From: Planctomycetota bacterium
GTDB lineage: Bacteria > Planctomycetota > UBA1135 > UBA2386
Direction of reading: 5' to 3'
Length of the DNA stretch: 48,584 nt
Assembly: GCA_947501605.1 (NCBI GenBank)
Contig: CANMWZ010000034.1
Span: 1 to 48,584, forward strand
Part shown: one piece after another, positions 26,029 to 34,285 of the stretch
How positions within the stretch are numbered: the stretch's first letter is position 1
Layout: every line of letters starts with the position of its first letter
Program-made: the position numbers and the translations under genes
The notes under the pieces: model-generated
What the model was told of the DNA's origin: nothing
The model's input: only the letters and a program-made list of their open reading frames with translations
The model's database searches: none

Positions 26029-27381
26029 TCACTTCACGCGCTTGATGATGTGCCAGCCATACGGGGAGGCAGTGGCGTCCCAGGGTGCCACGCCAATCTC
26101 GCCAACCTTCAGTCGGAAGCCGACGTCCCCGAAGCCCTTCACCATGCTGGCGCGCCCTTGCTTGGTCATCGGGTACTCACCGCCGCCGGCGTCATTGCTA
26201 TGTGCCTTCATGAGCGCCGCGAAGTCCTCGCCACTGAGCGCGCGGGCCCAGACCTTCGCCGCCAGGACCTTGGCCTCGTCCTTGGTGCGCGTCACGCCGC
26301 TGATGCGCGGCGCTCCCTGAAATGCGATCAGCACGTGCTGCACGGTGATGTTGGTGTCAGCCAGCTCGGGCTGCTGCATCAACGCCGCGATATCGCTGTC
26401 CATGTCGCGTTTGCCGTCGGTGTTCCCGAGCGGGTCCGGGTTGACGCGAGCGCTGGCGCTGCCGCCGTCCGGCTCGGCGCCGCCGGCTACCTTGCCGCCC
26501 TTCGATGGCTCGGCACCCTCGTTGGAGCCACCCATGGCCTTGCCCTTGGCTCTAGCGATTGTCGACGGGGCTGCGGGGGTGCTCGAGAGGTCGAGTTCGC
26601 GGATCCAGAGGTTGCGGAAGCGGACCGGGTTGCCGTGATCCTGAAGGCGGATCGGGCCTTTGGATTCGTGGGCCTTGTAGCTCGGCAGCGAACGGTGTGC
26701 GGTGGCTCCCCACAACGGGCGGTCGAGATGAGCCAATACGCCGTTGTGGAACAGCGTCACCCGCGCGGGTGTGAGGAGGCCACCTTCGGGGCCGAACGTC
26801 GGCGCGCGAAAGACGATGTCGTAGGTCTGCCACTCACCAGGCTTGCGGCAGGCGTTGACCAGTGGCGGTTGCTGGCCGTAAAGCGAGCCGGCCTGGCCGT
26901 CGGCGTAGGTGACGTTGCCGTAGGAGTCGAGGATCTGGACTTCGTAGCGCTCGAAGAAGAACACGCCACTGTTGCCGCGGCCTTGCGACTCGCCCTGAAC
27001 TTCGACGGGAGACGCCCATTCGACGTGCAGTTGGCAGTCGCCGAACTCGCGGACGGTGCGGAGGTCTCCCGTGCCGTTGATGGTCATGCAGCCGTCGGCA
27101 ACGCTCCATTTGGCGTCGCCGTCGTTGCTCTTCCAATGCTGCAAGTCCGTGCCGTCGAACAGCACGAGTGCGTCCTTGGGCGCTGGCACGGGCCCGCTTG
27201 CGGGGCCGGGCTCGGCGACCGCAGGATGCGGACGCGCGGAGTCGTGCACGCGCCACTTGCCATCGGGCAACATCGGCGTGTCGGTGTAGCCTGGGGACTG
27301 CGCTGCCTTCGAATCCTGGGCGAGCGCCGTGGCGGTGAAGAGGGACGTGAGTACGACGGCGGAGAGCAGCGTTCGACGCAT
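26029..27381 (-). CDS. Secreted DUF1080 (3-keto-glycoside hydrolase-like) domain fused to a parvulin (PpiC) PPIase domain
   Basis: LFDGTDL..W, FGDCQLHVEW, GNSGVF..YEVQILDS and LQDHGNPVRFRN.W, then a linker, then VQHVLI...F..L...HSND...MVKGF....F.LKVGE...SPYGWHIIKR. Confidence 0.85.
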   Translation of the reverse strand: MRRTLLSAVVLTSLFTATALAQDSKAAQSPGYTDTPMLPDGKWRVHDSARPHPAVAEPGPASGPVPAPKDALVLFDGTDLQHWKSNDGDAKWSVADGCMTINGTGDLRTVREFGDCQLHVEWASPVEVQGESQGRGNSGVFFFERYEVQILDSYGNVTYADGQAGSLYGQQPPLVNACRKPGEWQTYDIVFRAPTFGPEGGLLTPARVTLFHNGVLAHLDRPLWGATAHRSLPSYKAHESKGPIRLQDHGNPVRFRNLWIRELDLSSTPAAPSTIARAKGKAMGGSNEGAEPSKGGKVAGGAEPDGGSASARVNPDPLGNTDGKRDMDSDIAALMQQPELADTNITVQHVLIAFQGAPRISGVTRTKDEAKVLAAKVWARALSGEDFAALMKAHSNDAGGGEYPMTKQGRASMVKGFGDVGFRLKVGEIGVAPWDATASPYGWHIIKRVK

Positions 27382-27556
27382 TCGCGACAGGCTACTAGAA
27401 GAGGTTTCTCAATGCGCCAGCGGCTGCGGTTGGCCCCGACTACCGCGGCGTGCGGCGCCGATTCGCCGCGGCAGCTCGAGATCCCGCGGCGAGTCTGCTC
27501 CGTCCCCCGCGGCCACCACGGCTCGGCCATGCACGCAGGCCAGCTGAGCGGCAGGC

Positions 27557-28129
27557 TTACGCCTCGGGCGGACTGCCAACGCGGGAGCCGGCGTCGCTTC
27601 GGTCGGCCTCTCCACCGTCGGTATGAAAGCGGGTTCGCGCCCGCCGCGAGATGACGGCGAGGTAGCGGCGAAAGTCGCGCGGCTCCATCCCGCAGGTGCG
27701 CGCTGCTTCGCGCGTGGTCCGGCACGAGAGGGCCGCGTCGAGCGCTTCACGCTGGCGCGGGGTCAGCGTCGATCGCAATGCGCAGCGGAGCCGTTCGCCA
27801 GTGAAACGACGTCGGCGGGGGCCAGGATCGGCGACCTCTTCCTCGGACAGGAGCGGCAGCGTGCGAGACCAGCCGCCGCGCAGGATTTGGCAAGCGATGC
27901 GGCGGGCGACGGTGCGGATCCAGGCCTCGGGCCGCTCCGGGATCCGCCCGGCAATGACGGCCAGCTGGAATCGGTGCATCGCCAGTTCGCCGGCTTCCTC
28001 CGCGACCAGTCGGTTGTTGGCGACGCCGCGGGCGGCGCGGCAAGCGAGCCGGAGTACGGCGAGGGGATCGTGGGTGAGGTCCTGAAGGTGCATGGGTAGG
28101 TCCGTGGCGAGGAGGTGAGGATTCGGCAT
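27557..28129 (-). CDS. Divergent ECF sigma-70-like protein
   Basis: Region-2-like AEEA...PEAWIRTVARRIA..ILR and region-4-like LTPRQREAL.....TTREAARTCGM. Start is 28129 or 28093. Confidence 0.6.
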   Translation of the reverse strand: MPNPHLLATDLPMHLQDLTHDPLAVLRLACRAARGVANNRLVAEEAGELAMHRFQLAVIAGRIPERPEAWIRTVARRIACQILRGGWSRTLPLLSEEEVADPGPRRRRFTGERLRCALRSTLTPRQREALDAALSCRTTREAARTCGMEPRDFRRYLAVISRRARTRFHTDGGEADRSDAGSRVGSPPEA

Positions 28130-28275
28130 GAAAAATGACGATACGTCAAGTTTGGTGACGTGGAACTTTGCCGCGAGTGCAGAAAACTGGCGGGGGCTGG
28201 CGGTGCCGCCTTCGCCAAAGAACTTTCCCCACCCTGGGCAACCTGGCGCCCACTGCTCTCTAGAATGCGCCACTC

Positions 28276-28755
28276 ATGGTCGAGCCTGAGTCCAATCCCT
28301 CGCGGCCGCTGGCAAGAATCTTGTCCACCCGGCTGCGCGAGCTGCGCGCGCGGCAAGGACTGACCCAGGAACAGGTCGCGCAAGCGCTGCAGGTGCACGA
28401 GTCGGCCGTATCGCGGTGGGAGAACGGCTCCCGATTTCCGACGGGCGAGGACCTTCTCGGTCTCAGTCAGTTGTTCCGCGTGAGCATCGACACGCTGTTT
28501 GGCAAGTCTGAGCAGTGTGCGCCCGCAGGCGCCGTGCTGCTGGACCAAGCGCTGCTCGATCGACTCGAACGGGCTGCCGATACGGCCGAGTTTGATCGTG
28601 CCATCGCCGAGAACCACGGCCAGGCGCTCTGGCTACCGGTGCCCGAAGGTTCCGTGCTGCTGCCGATCGCCGAGGCGATGCGGCGCGCCCACCACGTCGC
28701 CGACCGGCACCGGGACAGCAAGTTCGTCGATCGCCTGTTCCGACCGCGCCGCTGA
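28276..28755 (+). CDS. XRE-family HTH transcriptional regulator
   Basis: RLRELRARQGLTQEQVAQALQVHESAVSRWENGSRFP...LSQLFRVSIDTLFG. Confidence 0.92.
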   Translation: MVEPESNPSRPLARILSTRLRELRARQGLTQEQVAQALQVHESAVSRWENGSRFPTGEDLLGLSQLFRVSIDTLFGKSEQCAPAGAVLLDQALLDRLERAADTAEFDRAIAENHGQALWLPVPEGSVLLPIAEAMRRAHHVADRHRDSKFVDRLFRPRR

Positions 28756-28842
28756 CCACCGTGGCGAGCTGGGCTCGCTGCATCTGGGGCTTCCTGGTTC
28801 GGGCTGCCCGAGCGAGAATCGCCACGCCTCGCGCCTCGCCCC

Positions 28843-30153
28843 ATGCACCCACCTTCGCTCCTCTGCGCCCTTTCGCTGATCGGCGCCATCGCCGCGCAGG
28901 CACCGCAACTCACTCCCGAAGTCCTGGGGCGACCGACCGTAGGGTGCGTCGCTGCTGTGGGCTCGTCGTCGCAAGCGCGCCTCTTTGGTGGGCAGGCGTG
29001 GGTTGGCGGCGTCGTGCCATTCACGCTGCATCCCACGGTGTCGCCGGCGATGGCGGTGAGCCTGCAGTCGGCGATGCTGGAGATCACCACGCGTACCCGC
29101 GTCCGCTTCGTGCTGCGCACGACCGAGCCCGACTACGTGCTGGTCCGCGACGCCACGATCAACTCGTCGCCAATCGGCAGGCAAGGCGGCCTGCAGGTGC
29201 TCTACCTCGCGAACTGGAACGCGACCTTCGAGGTGGTCCACGCGCTGATGCACGTGCTCGGCTTCTGGCATGAACATCAGCGCCCCGATCGCGACACGTT
29301 TGTGCAGATTCAGGCGGCGAACGTCGATCCTGCGCGCGCGGTCGAGTTCGCGGTGGTGCCCTTGGGCTCGACCTACAACCTGCCCTACGACTTCGGTTCG
29401 GTGATGCACTTTGGTGCGACCGAGGCTTCGAGCAACGGCTCGCCGACGATGATCGTCTTGCCGCCCAATCAGTCGCAGCAGGCGTCGATCGGGCAACGGC
29501 TGCAGCTGAGTCCAGGTGACGTCGAGGTGTTGCGTCGGACCTATGGATCGCTGGTGCCGCCGCTGATTGTTTCTGCGACCCCGAGTTCTGTCACGAGCTA
29601 TCGAGCGTCGGCGATCACGCTGACCGGCGAGCGCTTCGATGAGGCTTCGCGCGTGCTGTTCCGCGGCGCGGCCGCAAGCTACCAAGTGCTGTCGCCAACA
29701 CAGCTGCGGGTGACGTTGCCGCTGCTGCCAGCAATCGGTCCGGCACCGATCTCGGTCGAGAGCGGCGCGGGCCTCAGTCAACCGGTTGTCGTTCAGGTGA
29801 CCGGTCTCGATCCGCCCCAACTCGAAGGACCGCCGGTCCTCAACTCACAGTTCTCGATCCCGTTCCGTGTCTACTCGAGCAATGGGCGGCAGATCCTCTT
29901 GCTCGCGGCGTTCAACAACTCGCCGAGTATCGCGAGCGGCATCGTCTCGCTCGGGATCGGCAACAACTTCAGCGCCTACGGCGAAGTGGCCACCGGGATC
30001 GCGGACGCGAGCGGCCAGTGGCTCACCAACCTCACCGGACCGTCCGGATTGCCATCGGGGACCTCGATCTGGTTGCAGGCCGTGAGCTTCGACCTCGCCA
30101 ACTTCACGCTGCCCTTGGCGGTTACCAACGTGCTGCCAGTCCGCGCGTTCTGA
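28843..30153 (+). CDS. Secreted astacin (M12A)-like domain + IPT/TIG domain protein, catalytic Glu replaced
   Basis: S.IGRQGG.Q.L.L, HALMHVLGFWHEHQRPDRD, YDFGSVMHF and IGQR..LS.GD motifs; IPT-like ITLTGERF...V.F. Confidence 0.85.
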   Translation: MHPPSLLCALSLIGAIAAQAPQLTPEVLGRPTVGCVAAVGSSSQARLFGGQAWVGGVVPFTLHPTVSPAMAVSLQSAMLEITTRTRVRFVLRTTEPDYVLVRDATINSSPIGRQGGLQVLYLANWNATFEVVHALMHVLGFWHEHQRPDRDTFVQIQAANVDPARAVEFAVVPLGSTYNLPYDFGSVMHFGATEASSNGSPTMIVLPPNQSQQASIGQRLQLSPGDVEVLRRTYGSLVPPLIVSATPSSVTSYRASAITLTGERFDEASRVLFRGAAASYQVLSPTQLRVTLPLLPAIGPAPISVESGAGLSQPVVVQVTGLDPPQLEGPPVLNSQFSIPFRVYSSNGRQILLLAAFNNSPSIASGIVSLGIGNNFSAYGEVATGIADASGQWLTNLTGPSGLPSGTSIWLQAVSFDLANFTLPLAVTNVLPVRAF

Positions 30154-30204
30154 CGAGGACTGGCGTTCGGGACGCGCCGGCAATCGCGGCGCCTCACCTC
30201 GTCC

Positions 30205-31215
30205 TCACTTGCCGGTGGCAGGTTTCGCCGGCTCGCTCTTCGCGGGCAGGGCCGTCTTCGCCGCCTCGGTCTTCGCGGCGTCGTCCGCGCGCATGACCTC
30301 GGTCGAGAGTTTCATCTCGATCGACATTTCGCCGACCATCTCGTTCTCGGTCAGCAGCGTCATGCTCGAGGTCGACTTCAGGCTCATCGCAAAGCCGTCC
30401 TTGCGCGAGATGATGGCAACGCCCGAGACCTTGCCGTTCTCGACCGTGGCGTCGGCCATCGGGCCGCGCCCGCCGCCTTCCTTCTTTGCCACCGAGCCGC
30501 TGTAGCTGATCTCGGCCGCGTCAGCGTCGGCCTTCACCAGCGTCAGTTTCAGCGACTGCTCCGTCGTGATGCCGGTGCCCGCCTCGATCTTGGTCTCCCA
30601 CGTCGCGCCGGGCGCAACAGCTGCGGTCGGCAAGTGGCCAATGGCGCCGCGGACGAGGTTCTGCAGAGAGCGTTCGCTCATGGCGCTGTTCAAGAACTGG
30701 CCGGCCATGCCGAGCTTCTTCTCCGCAGCCTTCCGCGCTTCGTCGAAGCCGGCAGTGCCGTGGATCGTGCCGTCGGCACCGACCGTGGCCGTGAACTGTT
30801 TGCCCGCAATCTCCTTGAGGCCGGCGGTCATCGTCGCGCCGCTCGGCATGCCCATGCCGCCCATTGCGCCGTCGTCGCCCTCGCCCTCGCTTTCGGTCTC
30901 CTTGCTCGCCGAGTCGAAGGCGATGGTGCCCGCCATCGGGACATCGATCGAGCCATTCACGCGATCAATCGTGACGGTGAAGGTGCGCTTGCCGTCCTCC
31001 GCGACTTTGGTGACCTCGACCGTGTAGTGGTGGGTCAGCTCCTGGTTGGCTTCCATCTGCTGGCCACCGGCGTCGATGTTCTGCGCCTGCTTCGCGCGCT
31101 GCACGAATGCGACCTTGCCGGTCGTTGGGCTCTGGAGCTGGATTGCGTCCTGGGCCGCGAGCGGGGCGAGCAGCAGGAAGCAGGGGAAGAACGACGATGC
31201 GTGGTTCGGAATCAT
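30205..31215 (-). CDS. Secreted protein, DUF6263-like
   Basis: Signal peptide ending LAAQ; beta-rich; FDS and P..AV.PG.TW motifs. Start moved to ATG 31215. Confidence 0.6.
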   Translation of the reverse strand: MIPNHASSFFPCFLLLAPLAAQDAIQLQSPTTGKVAFVQRAKQAQNIDAGGQQMEANQELTHHYTVEVTKVAEDGKRTFTVTIDRVNGSIDVPMAGTIAFDSASKETESEGEGDDGAMGGMGMPSGATMTAGLKEIAGKQFTATVGADGTIHGTAGFDEARKAAEKKLGMAGQFLNSAMSERSLQNLVRGAIGHLPTAAVAPGATWETKIEAGTGITTEQSLKLTLVKADADAAEISYSGSVAKKEGGGRGPMADATVENGKVSGVAIISRKDGFAMSLKSTSSMTLLTENEMVGEMSIEMKLSTEVMRADDAAKTEAAKTALPAKSEPAKPATGK

Positions 31216-31363
31216 GAGAGTGGGCGTTGTTCTAGCCGCCGGGTCGGGGCAATGCTCGGGTTGTGGCGTCGCGCAGGGGTGGGCTGGAAGGCGCGCCACG
31301 TGGACGGTTGTCGGCGCAACCTGTCGGGCGGCTGTGGCGGGGCATGGCGCCGCCATGCAGCCG

Positions 31364-32050
31364 TCACTCGTCGAAGCGGAATCCGAGACCCCGCAGGGTT
31401 TGCAGATGCGTCGGCTCGGACGGCGCCCGTTCGAACAGCTTGCGCAGCCGGAGCACGATGTTGTCGAGCGTGCGTACCGTCAGTGGCGCGGTGCTGCCGA
31501 ACAGGTGCTCGACAACGATCTTGCGGCTGACGACGGTGCCGGCGTGGGCCGCCAGCAGTTTGAGCAGCCGGGCTTCGGTGGTGGTCAGCTCAACCTCTTC
31601 GCCAGCAAAGGTCTTGGCGCGCATGGTGCGGAAGTCGATTCGGTTGCCACCAAAGCTCAGGGTGTCGGTACCAGGGCTCGGCGCGCGCGTCCGGCGCAAC
31701 AGCGCATCAACCCGGAGCAGCAACTCACGCAGGTTGAACGGCTTCGTGAGGTAGTCGTCGGCCTCGAGTTCGAGGCCCTTGATGCGGTCCCGATCCGCGC
31801 TGCGAGCGCTGAGGATCAGGACTGGGGTGGTGTCGCCCCGCTTGCGCAATCGGTGCAGCACCGTGAAGCCGTCGCAGCCTGGCAGCATCACGTCGAGGAG
31901 CAGCAGGTCGATCCCACCCTTCTCCATGCGTAGCAGAGCGTCGGGGCCGGTGCGCACGAGTTCGGCGTGGTAGGACTCGAGCTGCAGGTTGTCGACCAGC
32001 ATCTCGCCAAGCAGAGGCTCGTCCTCGGCCACCAGGATCCAGCGGGTCAC
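31364..32050 (-). CDS. OmpR/PhoB-family response regulator
   Basis: ILVAEDE, LLLLDVMLP, ADDYLTKPF; winged-helix RTLDNIVLRLRK...GLGFRF. Confidence 0.95.
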   Translation of the reverse strand: MTRWILVAEDEPLLGEMLVDNLQLESYHAELVRTGPDALLRMEKGGIDLLLLDVMLPGCDGFTVLHRLRKRGDTTPVLILSARSADRDRIKGLELEADDYLTKPFNLRELLLRVDALLRRTRAPSPGTDTLSFGGNRIDFRTMRAKTFAGEEVELTTTEARLLKLLAAHAGTVVSRKIVVEHLFGSTAPLTVRTLDNIVLRLRKLFERAPSEPTHLQTLRGLGFRFDE

Positions 32051-33075
32051 GCGAGGCCTCGGGTTGGTGCGGCGGCCTCTGGCTGGCTCGGCGTCGGCGG
32101 CCCGCGACGAGGCAGTCTGACGAGCAGCTCACTCCCGCATCCCGCGCCATCGCTGCGAGCATCCACCGCGCCACCGTGCGCGCGCACGAGTTCTCGGACC
32201 AGGAACAGACCGAGCCCTGTGCCGCCGGTGCCCGAATCGCGGCCGCGCCAGAACGGCACGAAGGCGTTGGCCAGCGTGTCGGTGTCCATGCCGAGCCCTT
32301 GGTCTTTCACACGGAGCAGCGCGGCGGCAGGTTCGGTGCTGAGGTCGACGCGTACGGTGCCGCCTCGGGGCGAGTACTTGACGGCGTTGTCGAGCAGGTT
32401 GTGCAGCACGAGCTGCATAGCCTCGGGATCGCGCGTGACACCGATCGGCGGGAGCGTGCCGACGAAGATCTGCACGCCAGCGGCTTCGGCGCGTGGTTGC
32501 AGCAGGTGGATCGCCCGTCGCACATCGTCGGCGAAATCCCCATCGATGCGTGCACCTCGGCGCGGCGTGCGGCCGCGGAGTCCGGCGGCGGTCAGCAAGT
32601 TGGTCAGCCCGTTCTCGAGCCGGTTGGCTTCGAGCAGGCCTGACTGCAGGTACCGCGCGCGTTTCTCGAGCGGCAGTCGGTCGTCGCGCAACGACTCCAG
32701 CAACAGCTGAATCGTCGCCAGCGGGGTCTTCAGCTCGTGCGTCGCGCCAGCAAGGAATCGATCGTGGTCGGCGCGCAGTCGTGCTTCTCGACGCAGCAGC
32801 GCCACGACCGTCGCGCCGCCGAGTGCGAGCACGACGGTGAACACGAGTCCTTCGCTCAAGAACATGCGCCGCCGAGCCGCTGCCAGTTCTGGCAGCTTCT
32901 TGGCATCGGTTGCACCCAGCGCGCGCGCGGCGCCGTCGACATCGCCGTTCGCCAGAAACTGCCCGGCGGTCTGCAACTCCGCTGCCTGGGTCACTTGAAA
33001 CCATGTCCACCAACCGACCAAGGCCAAGTTGGCGGCGAGCAGGCAGGAGGTGAGGGGCGGTCCGAAACGGGTCAA
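32047..33075 (-). CDS. Membrane sensor histidine kinase
   Basis: Two TM helices; THELKTPL, NLLDNAVKYS, DQGLG and GTGLGL boxes; overlaps the response regulator start. Confidence 0.95.
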   Translation of the reverse strand: MTRFGPPLTSCLLAANLALVGWWTWFQVTQAAELQTAGQFLANGDVDGAARALGATDAKKLPELAAARRRMFLSEGLVFTVVLALGGATVVALLRREARLRADHDRFLAGATHELKTPLATIQLLLESLRDDRLPLEKRARYLQSGLLEANRLENGLTNLLTAAGLRGRTPRRGARIDGDFADDVRRAIHLLQPRAEAAGVQIFVGTLPPIGVTRDPEAMQLVLHNLLDNAVKYSPRGGTVRVDLSTEPAAALLRVKDQGLGMDTDTLANAFVPFWRGRDSGTGGTGLGLFLVRELVRAHGGAVDARSDGAGCGSELLVRLPRRGPPTPSQPEAAAPTRGLA

Positions 33076-33077
33076 CG

Positions 33078-34193
33078 TCAGTTCACTTCGAGCCGGGCAG
33101 CGTAGCCGAACGGTTCGACCCTGTCAGCGAACGTGGCGTTCGCGTCGGCGCCGTGCGAGACACTGTAGACCCCGATCGACGGCGGCGTGAAGGAGCCGAG
33201 CGTGATGGCGCGCGCATCACTCAGCACGAGGTCGAAGGGGTTGGCGCCGGGGACGATCGCGACCAACTGCTCATAGATCGTGACACCGCTGAAGGCGGAG
33301 TTGGCCGGCACGGAGATAGCGCCCATCTGCTGGTTCGGTGCAATCGCACCCGCCGCGTCCGTGAACATCACGAAGCTGAGGTCGAGATCGGTGTAGAGGT
33401 TGCAGCCCGTTGCGGGCAGGTTCCACGGCAGCGCTCCGAACTGGCTCGTGGTGTTGCTGCCGCTGAGGATGGCGAGCGCCAGCGTGCTGGCGCCGAGGTT
33501 CTGGCCCGAGACGAAATGCGCCGCGCCCGGGGCGTGCGTTCCGGTCGTGGTCATCGTTGCGGTCGGGCCGCCGTTGGTGACGCTGCAACCCTGCCCGAAA
33601 CTCGTGGCGGTGCCGTTCACAGCGCCGCCCGTGCCGGTGAAACCGTCGACGATGGCGTGCGAGAAGCCGAAGTTGGCGATGTTGTTGCCTTCCATCTGCA
33701 CATCGACGACCAGCCAGCCGCCAACAGGGATCACGATGTTGGCTGGAGCACTGAACGGGATCCGCATGGAGTTGGCCGGCGCGGCCCACGGGTGCGGGAA
33801 GGCCGAGCCCGGATCCGGCATGTAGCTGAACGCGCTGTCGAACACGGGGACCAATGGCTGCGATAGGTTGGAGCCAAAGGACGCACTGGGTTGGCCGACA
33901 GCGGTGGCGCCGACGCCCACGCGGAGGCGCTGTACCGTGAACGGGCCGGGCGCTCCAACCTGGGGGATCGGACCGTCGTAGCGCAGCGACAGGGCGCTGG
34001 CGGTGAAGGAGCTGCTGCCGGTTTCCGCGGCGCTGAAGAACATCTGCACGCGGCTGTTCGTCTGCATGAACGGCCGCAGGTTGTAGCTCGGCAGCTCGAC
34101 CGTGTTTGGCGACAGCGATGCCGGCAGGTAGAGGAAGTTCTGGGCGCAGGCGAGATTGGCCAGCAGCAAGACGGCGGTGAGAGAGCGTTGCAT
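33078..34193 (-). CDS. Secreted beta-rich hypothetical protein
   Basis: Signal peptide MQRSLTAVLLLANLACAQ after GGAG; ends 2 nt before the kinase start, so probably co-transcribed. Confidence 0.75.
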   Translation of the reverse strand: MQRSLTAVLLLANLACAQNFLYLPASLSPNTVELPSYNLRPFMQTNSRVQMFFSAAETGSSSFTASALSLRYDGPIPQVGAPGPFTVQRLRVGVGATAVGQPSASFGSNLSQPLVPVFDSAFSYMPDPGSAFPHPWAAPANSMRIPFSAPANIVIPVGGWLVVDVQMEGNNIANFGFSHAIVDGFTGTGGAVNGTATSFGQGCSVTNGGPTATMTTTGTHAPGAAHFVSGQNLGASTLALAILSGSNTTSQFGALPWNLPATGCNLYTDLDLSFVMFTDAAGAIAPNQQMGAISVPANSAFSGVTIYEQLVAIVPGANPFDLVLSDARAITLGSFTPPSIGVYSVSHGADANATFADRVEPFGYAARLEVN

Positions 34194-34285
34194 CGAAGGA
34201 TCTCCGGAGTGTGAGCCGACCTCTCTACGCCAGCGCTCGGCGCCCAATGTCACCGCGCGGTCATGCGCTGCTAAGCTGTCGTGGA

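Noticed and set aside
25825..27654. 609-aa plus-strand ORF
   Set aside because: Antisense to the DUF1080-parvulin gene, with no recognisable motifs.
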